NCBI GenBank assembly: GCA_035714365.1
Contig: DASTMB010000037.1
Location: 159,647 to 223,646, forward strand
Source of the DNA: Mycobacteriales bacterium
Lineage (GTDB): Bacteria > Actinomycetota > Actinomycetes > BP-191
Length of the DNA stretch: 64,000 bases
Reading direction: 5' to 3'
Shown here: positions 18,861-28,000 of the stretch, piece after piece
How the letters are laid out: each line of letters opens with the position of its first letter
Position numbering within the stretch: position 1 is the stretch's first letter
Position numbers and translations under genes: made by a program
The notes under the pieces: model-generated
What the model saw: the letters and a program-made list of their open reading frames with translations, nothing else
What the model was told of the DNA's origin: nothing
Databases searched by the model: none

Positions 18861-19820
18861 GTGCTGGAACCGCTCGGCGTGACGGAGGTCGATGAGGCTG
18901 TCTACGAACAGGTCCTCGCCGCCGGCGCGGCGACCGACGCTGACCTCGCGCGGACGACCGGCCTCGACCGGACGGCGGTGAGCGCCGCCCTCGCGCAGCT
19001 CCAGCGGCTCGGCCTGGTCAACCGCCTCGCCACCGCGGAGCAGACTGTGGTGGCGCTACCGCCCGCCTTGGCGATCGAGGCGTTAGCGTTCCGCCGCTAC
19101 CGGGAAGTCGACGAGGCCCGCGCCGCCGCCGAGCGGTACGCGCGGCTGCACCAGCAGCGCCCCACTGGTGACGCCGCCGTCGGCTACGTCCAGGTTGTGC
19201 AGGGGGCGGCGGCGCTGTTCCAGCAGTCCACCCAACTCCAGCTCGGCGCCCGCGAGCAGATGCGGGTGTTCGACCGGCCCCCCTACGCCCGGGTCGAGAG
19301 CGTGGTCGAGGAGACGACGCTGCTCTCCCGCGGTGTCCGCTGCCGCGCCGTCTACGACCCCTGCGGCGATGCCGGCCGTTGGTCCGCCGCGGTGGCTGGC
19401 GGGGAAGATGCCCGGCTCGCGACCACCGAGTTGCCGATGAAGCTCGGCATCGCCGACGACACGCTCGCGCTGATCCCTCTCCTCGACGACGCCCACGTCC
19501 GCGAACCCACCGCGCTCCTCGTCCGCCCCTCGACCCTTCTCGCCGCGCTCATCGACTTGTTCGAGTCTCACTGGCAGCGCGCCGCCCCGATCCGCAGCGA
19601 CGGCTCCGTCGACACCGACGCCACTGCGCAACTCCCAGCCGACACCGGGCTCATCGCATCCCTGCTCGTCGCCGGCGTCACCACCGACGCCATCGCCCGG
19701 CAACTCGGCATCACCCGCCGGACATTGCACAACCACATCGACGCCGCGAAGGCCGCGCTCGGCGTCGACAACAAGTACCAACTCGTGCTGCGCGCCAAGG
19801 AACTCGGCCTGCTCGACTGA
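18861..19820 (+). CDS. LuxR-family transcriptional regulator (paralog B)
   Basis: GTG start with GGAGG 10 nt upstream. N-terminal HTH-like segment (DADLARTTGLDRTAVSAALAQLQRLGLV). C-terminal LuxR HTH (DAIARQLGITRRTLHNHIDAAKAALGVDNKYQL). Same architecture as 14827..15759. Confidence 0.6.
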   Translation: MLEPLGVTEVDEAVYEQVLAAGAATDADLARTTGLDRTAVSAALAQLQRLGLVNRLATAEQTVVALPPALAIEALAFRRYREVDEARAAAERYARLHQQRPTGDAAVGYVQVVQGAAALFQQSTQLQLGAREQMRVFDRPPYARVESVVEETTLLSRGVRCRAVYDPCGDAGRWSAAVAGGEDARLATTELPMKLGIADDTLALIPLLDDAHVREPTALLVRPSTLLAALIDLFESHWQRAAPIRSDGSVDTDATAQLPADTGLIASLLVAGVTTDAIARQLGITRRTLHNHIDAAKAALGVDNKYQLVLRAKELGLLD

Positions 19821-19838
19821 CCGCGCGGCATCGCCGCC

Positions 19839-19853
19839 GATTCAGCGCGAATC
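19839..19853. repeat. 15-bp dyad GATTCAGCGCGAATC (copy 5)
   Basis: Exact copy between convergent gene ends 19820 and 19869. Confidence 0.6.
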
Positions 19854-19868
19854 CGGTTGGTCGCGCCG

Positions 19869-20822
19869 TCAGCGGCCTCGCGGTGTCGGAACGGGCAGCG
19901 GGTAGCCGAGCGGGTCGGAGCAGGGCGGCACTTCCGCGGGCGGGCGGATATCCGCGGGCACGAGCGTCGTGGTCACCGTCGCAACCTCGGTGGGGGCGCT
20001 GGGCAGCGGCCCGGTGCGGGTGGGTTCCGGCGGGGTGAGGGGCGGCTTGGTCTCTAGTTGGAGGATCACCGGGTCCCCGTTGGCGTCGAGGACGGGGCGG
20101 CCGCAGCGGTCCACGATCCCGCTGCGCAGCGGCCGCGGCGGGCCGTGCCGGTGGCCCGGTCCGACGATCAACGACGTGCCGCCGGCGACGAGCAAGGCGA
20201 CGACCGCGCCGGTGAGGACCCGCCCGACGAGCAGGGTCATGCCGCGGCGGGCCACGCGGGCACCGGGCCGGGGTGCGGCCTGGTGGCTCGGTTCTGCCGC
20301 TGGGGTGGGGAGGGGCCGGCGGTGCGGGTCGGGCGGGAGCTGGGGTGGCACGAGGTGGACGACCTTCCGGGCGCGGAACGGCGGGATGAGGCCGCGGGCG
20401 GTGATGGTGACGGACAGGTGGGTGATGCGCCGCGCGGTCGGCATGGTGAACGCGCTGAGGCGGTACCTCTGTCCGGCGCGTAGCGGGAACGAGGGGACGA
20501 TGTTGAACAGCGCGTAGTGCTCGTCATCGACTGCGCCGAGGCGCTGATGCAGCGCGGCGATGAGCCGCGGCCCGGTCGGATAGGTCGTCGGCTGCTCGTC
20601 CCGGTCGACGGCGAGCTGGTAGCAGACGCGGGTCACGACGGCGGGTCCGAGGCCGCTGTTGGTGAGGTGGGTGACCCACGCGCCCGCGTCATTGCCATGG
20701 TCGACGAGTGGCGCGGGCGCGTAGGGATCGGATGCGGCGACGGAGCCGAGCAGCGGCCGCGCGAGCAGCCCGGCGAGCAGCCACGCGGTGGCGGCGAGTG
20801 CGGCCGCTGCTGCGGCGATCAT
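19869..20822 (-). CDS. Membrane protein (two TM segments), unknown function
   Basis: ATG overlaps the stop of the upstream protease gene (ATGA). TM MIAAAAAALAATAWLLAGLLARPLL and TM LLVGRVLTGAVVALLVAGGTSLIV. Confidence 0.5.
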   Translation of the reverse strand: MIAAAAAALAATAWLLAGLLARPLLGSVAASDPYAPAPLVDHGNDAGAWVTHLTNSGLGPAVVTRVCYQLAVDRDEQPTTYPTGPRLIAALHQRLGAVDDEHYALFNIVPSFPLRAGQRYRLSAFTMPTARRITHLSVTITARGLIPPFRARKVVHLVPPQLPPDPHRRPLPTPAAEPSHQAAPRPGARVARRGMTLLVGRVLTGAVVALLVAGGTSLIVGPGHRHGPPRPLRSGIVDRCGRPVLDANGDPVILQLETKPPLTPPEPTRTGPLPSAPTEVATVTTTLVPADIRPPAEVPPCSDPLGYPLPVPTPRGR

Positions 20823-22252
20823 CCGTCGGTGGTCTCGACGCCGGAGAGGCCGAGGGCCTTGGTGGCCGCGTACATCGGCGTGTAGTACTTGCGGGTGGTG
20901 ACGCTCCCGGGGCGGGTGCCGCCGCTGTGGATGCCGTCGGCGCGGTACTTGCACACCCGGGTGCCGAAGACGCTTCCGCCGCTATCACCGGGGGCGGAGT
21001 AGTAATCCGTCATGTTCTGCTCGACGAGGGTGGTCTGCCGCTTCGTGTCCGGGTCGGTGTAGGTCACGGAGGCGTGGGTGCGGAGCAGCTTGCCGGTGCG
21101 GTAGCCGCCGGTGCGGGCACCGGAGATGATCTCCAACTGCCCCTTCTTCACGTCGGTCGTCATCATGCAGTGGATGCGGCGGTAGTCGCCCGATTCGACC
21201 GCGACCTCGTTCGACTTGTAGGCGGGCTGGGCGATCGCGATGGAAAGCGCGTCGGCGTTCGTGCCGCTGTGGTACTCGTTGAACTGGCTCTGCCCGATCA
21301 CCTGGTTGCGCTGGAACCACACCGCGCCGCTAACGCCCTCGTCCAACTCGTTGGTCTCGCAGTGGCCGGCCGTCAGAAGGTAGTAGGTGTAGTCGAAGAC
21401 GGCCGGGACCTCGCTCCGTTCGACGTGGTAGGCAACGAAGGCGGAGGTGCATTGCGCCTCGTACCGGGGGTTCTCCGGCAGCGGCCGGTTGACGAGCTGG
21501 CCGCCTCGGAACGGCGGGGCGTTCGGCCCGTCGATGCCGTCGAGCACCGGTCGGTCCTCGTACTCGACCTTGATGGGTGAGCCGGAGAAGCGGGACTCGA
21601 TCACGTTGCGGGCGCGGGTGGTGTCGCTGGCGGCGGCGACGTAGACGGTGTTCGCCTCCTCGTCGATCGAGGTGCTGGTGACATCGACGCTGTTCGCGCG
21701 CAGCTCGCTCGCCGCCTGGTCGACGGCGTGCTGCACGGCGTAGAGCTGGTCGAGGGAGTAGTGCATGAGCTCGACGTGCCAGATCGCGGTCGTCTGCCCG
21801 ATCCGCGCCGCCAGCTCCTGCTCGACCTGCGTCTTGTTGGCGGTGACGCCGACACCGACGAGACCCTTGGCCTGGTCGATCCACGCCCCGGCGTAGATCT
21901 CGCGGTGCGCCTTGAAGTAGTCGTCGATGACGGCGGTGACCTGGTCGACGGCGTTGGTGCGGGCGTCGAGGATCGCCGCCTCGTCTGGGGTGACGATGCC
22001 GCCGACGTCGGTGCTGGCCTGGATCAGGCCGGCGCGGGCGTCGTCGAACAGCTTCTTCACGTAGGGGCGGTCGGCGCGCAGACCCGCCTCGGCACGGAAG
22101 CGCATGTCGTTGACGAGCTGCTGGTCAGTCGCGGCGGGCACGGTCGGGTTGCGGTAGGGGCCGCTGCGCGGCTGCGCCGACGCCGTGGTGGTTCCGGCGA
22201 GGGCCAGCGCGAGCGCGGTGACGGCGGCGATCCGCCGAGGACGCAGGTTCAA
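20819..22252 (-). CDS. Secreted S1-family serine protease of the alpha-lytic protease / streptogrisin type, with N-terminal pro-region
   Basis: Signal peptide. Catalytic His context LTAGHC and Ser context GDSGGS. ~190-aa pro-domain. Confidence 0.8.
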   Translation of the reverse strand: MNLRPRRIAAVTALALALAGTTTASAQPRSGPYRNPTVPAATDQQLVNDMRFRAEAGLRADRPYVKKLFDDARAGLIQASTDVGGIVTPDEAAILDARTNAVDQVTAVIDDYFKAHREIYAGAWIDQAKGLVGVGVTANKTQVEQELAARIGQTTAIWHVELMHYSLDQLYAVQHAVDQAASELRANSVDVTSTSIDEEANTVYVAAASDTTRARNVIESRFSGSPIKVEYEDRPVLDGIDGPNAPPFRGGQLVNRPLPENPRYEAQCTSAFVAYHVERSEVPAVFDYTYYLLTAGHCETNELDEGVSGAVWFQRNQVIGQSQFNEYHSGTNADALSIAIAQPAYKSNEVAVESGDYRRIHCMMTTDVKKGQLEIISGARTGGYRTGKLLRTHASVTYTDPDTKRQTTLVEQNMTDYYSAPGDSGGSVFGTRVCKYRADGIHSGGTRPGSVTTRKYYTPMYAATKALGLSGVETTDG

Positions 22253-22372
22253 CAGTTCCTCCGTAGGGGGTGCAGCGTCGGCGAGTCCGGCGCCAGTAGA
22301 GGTAGTCGCGCGCGCGGCCGCGATGCCGTGGCTCTCTCGGGCTATTGGCGTGAGTCAGCCAGCGGGAGCCCC

Positions 22373-22387
22373 GATTCGCGCTGAATC
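22373..22387. repeat. 15-bp dyad GATTCGCGCTGAATC (copy 6, opposite orientation)
   Basis: Reverse complement of GATTCAGCGCGAATC in the divergent region 22252-22498. Confidence 0.6.
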
Positions 22388-22497
22388 CGCGCCACCGCCT
22401 CCCCGGGTCTGGCAGGAGCCGGCTCCGGTGGCGGCGAAGCGAACCCACAACGACGGTGCGGTACTGCGCCGGTGACGGGGTGAGGGGACGACGCGAG

Positions 22498-23286
22498 ATG
22501 AGGCGGCTTTTCGCGGCGCTGCTGCCGCTGCTGTGCGTTGTGCCGCTCGCGTCGGCGCGCGCCGCGTCCGACGCGCCGACCGGGACACTGGTCGTGAAGG
22601 CGCCGCGCCACGCGAAGGTCGCGGTCACCTTGCGGCATGCCGTGACGTTCTGGCTCGCCGACCGCGGCGACGAGTACGGGCCGGTCGTCGAGGGCAGCAG
22701 CCTCCACACCGGGTTCCTGCTGGTGCCAGCGACTCGCGCGGTGGCGACCATCGGCTGGGTTCGGGTGCCCGGGGCGCCGAACACGCGGATCGAGCTGGTG
22801 GCGGGGAACAACGACCATCCGACGGTCCCCGCCGGGCGCTACACGCTGGAGGTTGTCGGCGAGCGGCCGGTCACCATCACGATGCGGGTCCGCGGCCTGC
22901 CGAACACCACGTGGTCGGCGACGGCGCCGCTGACCGTGCGGCGAGCCGCCGCCACCTTCGACAGCACCGTGGGGCACAACCTCCCCGGCCACGCGAGCGT
23001 CACCCTCACCGCGACGAGTGCCGTGTTTACCGTCGCGTTGTGGCGCTCGACCGGCAACGCCATCTCCGCGTCGTGGTGCCTCGGCCACTCCGCCTGCGGC
23101 GGTGGCCCGCCGAAGCAGGCCACCGCCGGCAGTTTCCTCCCGCCGGTGGTCGACAAGGTCAGCGGCGTGTGGTTCTACCTCGCGCCGCGTACTCCGCGCA
23201 GCGCCGGCTCTTGGACGTCGTTGTGGACGCTGGACTCGAACGTGCTGGCGCGCGACCCGAGCGCCTACGCGCTGGTGATCGGCTAG
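22498..23286 (+). CDS. Secreted hypothetical protein
   Basis: ATG with GAGGGGA RBS. Signal peptide MRRLFAALLPLLCVVPLASARA. Confidence 0.5.
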   Translation: MRRLFAALLPLLCVVPLASARAASDAPTGTLVVKAPRHAKVAVTLRHAVTFWLADRGDEYGPVVEGSSLHTGFLLVPATRAVATIGWVRVPGAPNTRIELVAGNNDHPTVPAGRYTLEVVGERPVTITMRVRGLPNTTWSATAPLTVRRAAATFDSTVGHNLPGHASVTLTATSAVFTVALWRSTGNAISASWCLGHSACGGGPPKQATAGSFLPPVVDKVSGVWFYLAPRTPRSAGSWTSLWTLDSNVLARDPSAYALVIG

Positions 23287-23383
23287 GTCCAGCCGCCGTA
23301 ACAACGCGCGCGCTCGGTCGTACTGCTCAACGAGCGGGCGCCCACCGCCTTCCCTCGATAGCGTGCCCGGGCGCCCGTCCCGT

Positions 23384-23914
23384 TCAGCCGACAGCTCCGC
23401 TGGGGTGGTGGTCGGCGAGGCGCTGGCGCAGGCGGCGACGTAGCTCAACGGTGCGGTCTCGGAGGTGTCGTGCGGTCGTTCCGCGCGCCGCGGCCATGTC
23501 CTGGTAGCCCGTGCCGTGGTGGTACCGCTCGACCAGGAGCACCTGGTCCTGCGGATGTAGCTCGGCGACCGCCGAGCGCACCGCGTCCACGTTCTCCGCT
23601 CGGACCACGTGATCCAACGGCGTACGCCGCGGGCACGGCACATTGACGTCGTACCCCGGGACTGACACCTCGCGGGGGCGACGGCGCGCCACATCGACCG
23701 CCGCTCGCCGGAGCAGAACAGCGAGGAACGCATCCGGGCTGGTCACCGTCGGCCACGCCCGCCACAAGTCGAGGCACGCCTCCTGCCACGCGTCCTCGAC
23801 ATCCGACCGCTCCGCGAGGAGCCGGCGCAGCGTCGCCATCGCCCGCGGCGCCGCCTCGCGGACAAACGCCGTGTACGCGGCATTGCCGCGGCCCGTCGTC
23901 GATGGTGCGTTCAC
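23384..23914 (-). CDS. ECF sigma factor
   Basis: Region 2 (AWQEACLDLWRAW) and region 4 (LHPQDQVLLVERYHHGTGYQDMAAARGTTARHLRDRTVELRRRL). Confidence 0.65.
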   Translation of the reverse strand: MNAPSTTGRGNAAYTAFVREAAPRAMATLRRLLAERSDVEDAWQEACLDLWRAWPTVTSPDAFLAVLLRRAAVDVARRRPREVSVPGYDVNVPCPRRTPLDHVVRAENVDAVRSAVAELHPQDQVLLVERYHHGTGYQDMAAARGTTARHLRDRTVELRRRLRQRLADHHPSGAVG

Positions 23915-24060
23915 GTTCCCCCGTCCCCCTCGCCAACCACGTCCCGTACCGGTTGCCCGATCTCGTTCGCGATGCGGCGCGGCACCCCTGCACGCCCATC
24001 ACGAGCGGACGCGCCGCGAACATGCCGTTGGCGCGGCCGCGCCGCCGCGCATCGCGGTGC

Positions 24061-24510
24061 TCACCAGCGCAGCGTCTCCAGCCGCCGACCTGTCTCCTCG
24101 ACACGCCAGAACCGCCAGCCGTTGGTCTGCGCGGCGGCCCGCTCGGGGTTCAGCGCCGCAACGACCGCGCGAGCTGCCCCGGTCGCCGAGGTGAAGGACT
24201 GGTCGGCCAACGGCTGACTGGTCACGACGACCCGCTTGGTGGCCTGAAGGTAGGTGCCGGTGATCCGCTGACCGCGGTACTCCGCGTAGATCGCGACGGG
24301 ACCCCACGGGTCGCGTGGCGGTGCGGCATGGGTTTCGTGGTCGCGGGTGTAGTCCTTGACCGCGCGCGCCACGATTTCCGATTCGCTCACCTCGAACATG
24401 CGGGCCGCGAACCGCACCAGCCGCAGCGTGGCAACGTCGAGCCGCACCGTTCCACCGCTGACCACTGGACGAGCGGCGCCGCCCCCGGCCGGGGTTGCCT
24501 TCGAATTCAC
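24061..24510 (-). CDS. Small protein with an N-terminal RHH/CopG-like segment and a conserved C-terminal NGWRFWR motif (tandem paralog 1)
   Basis: VRLDVATLRLVRFAARMFEVSESEIVARAV (RHH-like). GTYLQATKRVVV ... SATGAARAVVAALNP ... TNGWRFWRVEETGRRLETLR. Start overlaps the stop of paralog 2 (24507-24510). Confidence 0.5.
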   Translation of the reverse strand: MNSKATPAGGGAARPVVSGGTVRLDVATLRLVRFAARMFEVSESEIVARAVKDYTRDHETHAAPPRDPWGPVAIYAEYRGQRITGTYLQATKRVVVTSQPLADQSFTSATGAARAVVAALNPERAAAQTNGWRFWRVEETGRRLETLRW

Positions 24511-24953
24511 GTTGAATCTGCCATCGTGTTCGAGTGCTTAGCCGCCGTGGCGTTAGGAGGCATGTACCGCACGGTGTCCAGACGCGCGCCAGAGTCCGCT
24601 ATTCGCCAGAAGTGCCACCCGTTGGTCTGCGTGTGGGAGCGCCGCGGGTTCAGCATCTCGACCACCGCGCGCGCCGCGCCCGACGGAGACCGGAATGACC
24701 GCTCCGTCGACTCGCCCGGGTTCACGACTAGGCGCCGCGTGGCCGGGAGGTACGTGCCGTCCACACGGACCCCCGCGTACTCGCAGAACACCGGCACCGG
24801 CTCCCAACGGTGCGCCGGGCCGCTACCTCGGGCACCGATCTGCGCCACCGCCCGGATCACAACCTGCGAGTCCGTGATGCCGTGAAGCCGTGCGGCGAAC
24901 CGGACCGCGAGCGCGGTCGCCTGATCGACCACGATGGTGTCGCCGTAGTTCAT
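24507..24953 (-). CDS. Small protein with an N-terminal RHH-like segment and a conserved C-terminal NGWHFWR motif (tandem paralog 2)
   Basis: ALAVRFAARLHGITDSQVVIRAV. GTYLPATRRLVV ... SPSGAARAVVEMLNP ... TNGWHFWRIADSGARLDTVR. Collinear with paralog 1. Confidence 0.5.
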   Translation of the reverse strand: MNYGDTIVVDQATALAVRFAARLHGITDSQVVIRAVAQIGARGSGPAHRWEPVPVFCEYAGVRVDGTYLPATRRLVVNPGESTERSFRSPSGAARAVVEMLNPRRSHTQTNGWHFWRIADSGARLDTVRYMPPNATAAKHSNTMADST

Positions 24954-25094
24954 GGCGCGAGTGTGCTGGGGGCGGCCGTAAGGCGCCGCGCGTGTCGCCG
25001 AGGATGTTCACGCCCCCTCCGCTTGGCATGAACGCGCCAGCAGCCAGGACGCCCTCGCGGCCGCACGAACATCACCACCCCGTGCGGGTGCGGG

Positions 25095-28000
25095 CTAGCG
25101 ATCGAGTGGTTCCGGCAGGTCGCGGGCGGTGTCGTCGCGCAGGAGGAGCTGCGCGTGCTCGACGGCGGCGAGTTCCGGGTGCTCTGGGTTGGCTCGGTCG
25201 AGGGGGCCGAGGGGCTGGTCGGGGTCGGTGATGCCGTGGGTGAGGCGGTAGGTCTCGATGGTGTGGGCGGCGTGGCGCCAGATGCCGCGCCGGTAGGGGT
25301 CGTGGGGGCGGGGGCCGAGGGTGGTGGTGAGGTAGCGGGGCGGGTTGTGTTCGATGTTGGTGAGGCGTTGGTGGGCGCGGTGGTTGATTTCGTCGCGGGC
25401 CTGGTCGGCTGCGCGCCGCTCGGGGGCGGTTGCGTGTTCGTGGTGGAGCCGCTGCTGTTCGTGGGCTTCGAGGGCGTGCGCGCGTTGCAGCGCGGCGGTC
25501 TCGCGTTGGGTGGCGTGCTGGACGCGGCGTTGGGCGGCGCGGAGTTGGTGGGCGTGGTCGCGGCGGCGGCGTGGGTGGAGGCGTTGCCGGCGGGGCTGGT
25601 CACGTAGGTGGCCTATGGCCTCGTGGCCGGCGGCGGCGTCGAGCGCGGCGTTGGCGGCGTCGGTGTAGGCGGCGGCGAGTTCGGCGCGCCGGTTGGGGAG
25701 CATGGCGCGCTGGGCGGCGTCGCCGCGGCTGACGGCGGCGCGGAGCTGGTCGTCGGTGGCGTCGGCGAGGGGCCGGTTGTCCTCGTCGATGGGCGTGGCG
25801 GCGCCGGTGGCGTCGCGGTGCTGGTGGAGGGCGTGGCGGGCTTGGTGCCAGTCGTCGTGCCGGGCGGGCGGGTCGGCGCTGGTGGGGGCGGGGCCGAGGG
25901 GGCGGTGGTCGGTGTCGGGGATGTGCCAGCGGTCGCGGTAGGTCTGGATGTGGCCGGCGGCATCGCGCCAGGTGCGGCGGCGGGTGACGTTGTTGGTGGG
26001 TGGGGGGCCGAGGGCGGTGAGGTGGGGGGCGGTTCCGGCGCGGGCGGCGCGTTCGGCGGTGATGCCTTGGCGGCGGAGGTGGTCGCGGTAGGCGGCGTCC
26101 GCGTCGTCCGCCGCGGCCGGGCTGTGGTGGGGGTCGGCGGCGTGGTCGGCGTGGGTGGCGCGCAGGACGGCGGTGGTGTTGTCGCCGGGGCCGCCGTCGT
26201 GGAGGTCGAGGGCGGCGCGTTGGGCGCGGGAGCGGGTCGCGGCGGTGGTGAGCTGGGTGAGCGGCGGCGGGTCGCCGGCGGGTGGGTGGTGTTCGGCGCG
26301 CAGGAGCTGGGTGTCGTGGTCGCGGTCGGGGTTGGTGGCGTAGAGCTGGGTGTGTTGGCGGCCGCGGGAGAGGGTGGTGTAGAGGCTTTCCCGGTAGAGG
26401 GCGTCACCGGCGGCGTCGACGAACACGTGCTCGGCGCTGAGCCCTTGGGCGCGGTGCAGGGTGTGCGCATAGCCGTGGTCGAGGCCGCCGCGGCGCAGGT
26501 AGCGGGCGCTGACCTGGTGGTGGGTGCCGTCGGGGAGGGTGACGGTGAGGGTGCCGGCCTCGGGGTCGACGGTGGTGACGGTGCCGAGGTCGCCGTTGAG
26601 CAGGCCGCTGTTGCGGTAGTCGTTGCGCCGCGCGGCGACGAGGTCCCCGACGGCGAAGCGGCGTTCGCCGAGCGGGCCGGCGGTGACGACGAGGTCGGGG
26701 CCGGTGAGCAGCCCGGCGTCGGTGAGGCGGGCGCGGGCGCGGGTGTTGAGGTCGGCGACGGCGCGGCGGCGGGTGGCGAGCATGACGTGCGCCTCGGGTG
26801 ATTCAGCCAGAATCCGGGCGGCCGGTGTGCCGGTGCTGGTGGCGGTGGTGTGGAGGGCGGTCCACCAGTCGGTGACGAGCTGGTCGCGGGCGGCGTCGAC
26901 GTCGGGTTGCACGGTGACCCGCCCGTGGTCGACGTAGGCGTCGAGGGCGGCGTGGACGACGGGCGGGGCGGCGTCGCGGATGGCGCCCAGCGCGGCCCGT
27001 TCCCAGCCGTGGACTTGGCGCATGTTGCGGGTGAGGGTGACCGGCGCGAGTCGGTGCGCGAGGGCCCGGAACAGCCCCCCGGCGTCGATCTCGGGGAGTT
27101 GCCGGTAGTCACCGACGAGGACGAGCTTCGCCTGGTCCCGCCGCGCGTAACCGTGCAGGGCGGCGAGATCGCGGCTGCCGAGCATCCCGGCCTCGTCGAC
27201 GACGATCACGCTGCCGGGCGGCATCGGCCCGTGCCGTGGGTCGTCGAGCTCGGCGAGGAGGCGGGTGATGGTCCAGGTGGTGATGCCGGTGGCGTCGGTG
27301 AGCCGGGCGGCGGCGCGGGCGGCGACGGCGGCGCCGACGACGTGGTGCCCGCCGGCGGTCCAGGCGTCGTGTACGGCGCCGAGGAGGTGGGTCTTACCGG
27401 CGCCGGCGACGCCGATGACGACCTCGACTCCGGCGCCGCCGGTGAGGAGCCGGACGGCGGCGAGTTGCTGCTCAGGGTTGAGGTGGTGCCGTTCCAGGGT
27501 GGCGCCGAGGACGGCGGCGGGCACGACCCCGAGCCCGTCGTGGGCGCGGTCGGCGGCTTGGGTGATCACGGTCCGTTCGAGGTGGAGGAGGTCGGTGGTG
27601 GTGTAGCGGGTCTCGCCGTGCCCGGGAGGGCGGGTGTCGCCGTGGCGTTCGTCGGGGACTGCGCGCAACGCCACCACGTCGCGGTGCCGGAGGAACGCGG
27701 CGGCGTCCGCCTCGATCGCCTCGATCGGGTCGCCGTCGACGCGCGCGACGCAGAGTGCTTGGACGACGTCGCGGCGGTGGAAGTGCGACGCGGCGGCGGT
27801 GAGCCCAGTCGGGGCGAGCATCGCCGCCTGCTCCTGCGCCCGGTCGACCGGCGCCCGGTGGTGGCGGTGCAGCAGCGCGTAGCGGGTGGGGGCGGTGAAC
27901 CCGAGCTGGTCGGCGCGGGCCTGCCAGTCGGCGGCGAGGCGGTGCTGGTCGTAGGGGTGCTTCCGGCGCCGCGTGTCCAGGGTGGCGACTTGCGCGGCAC

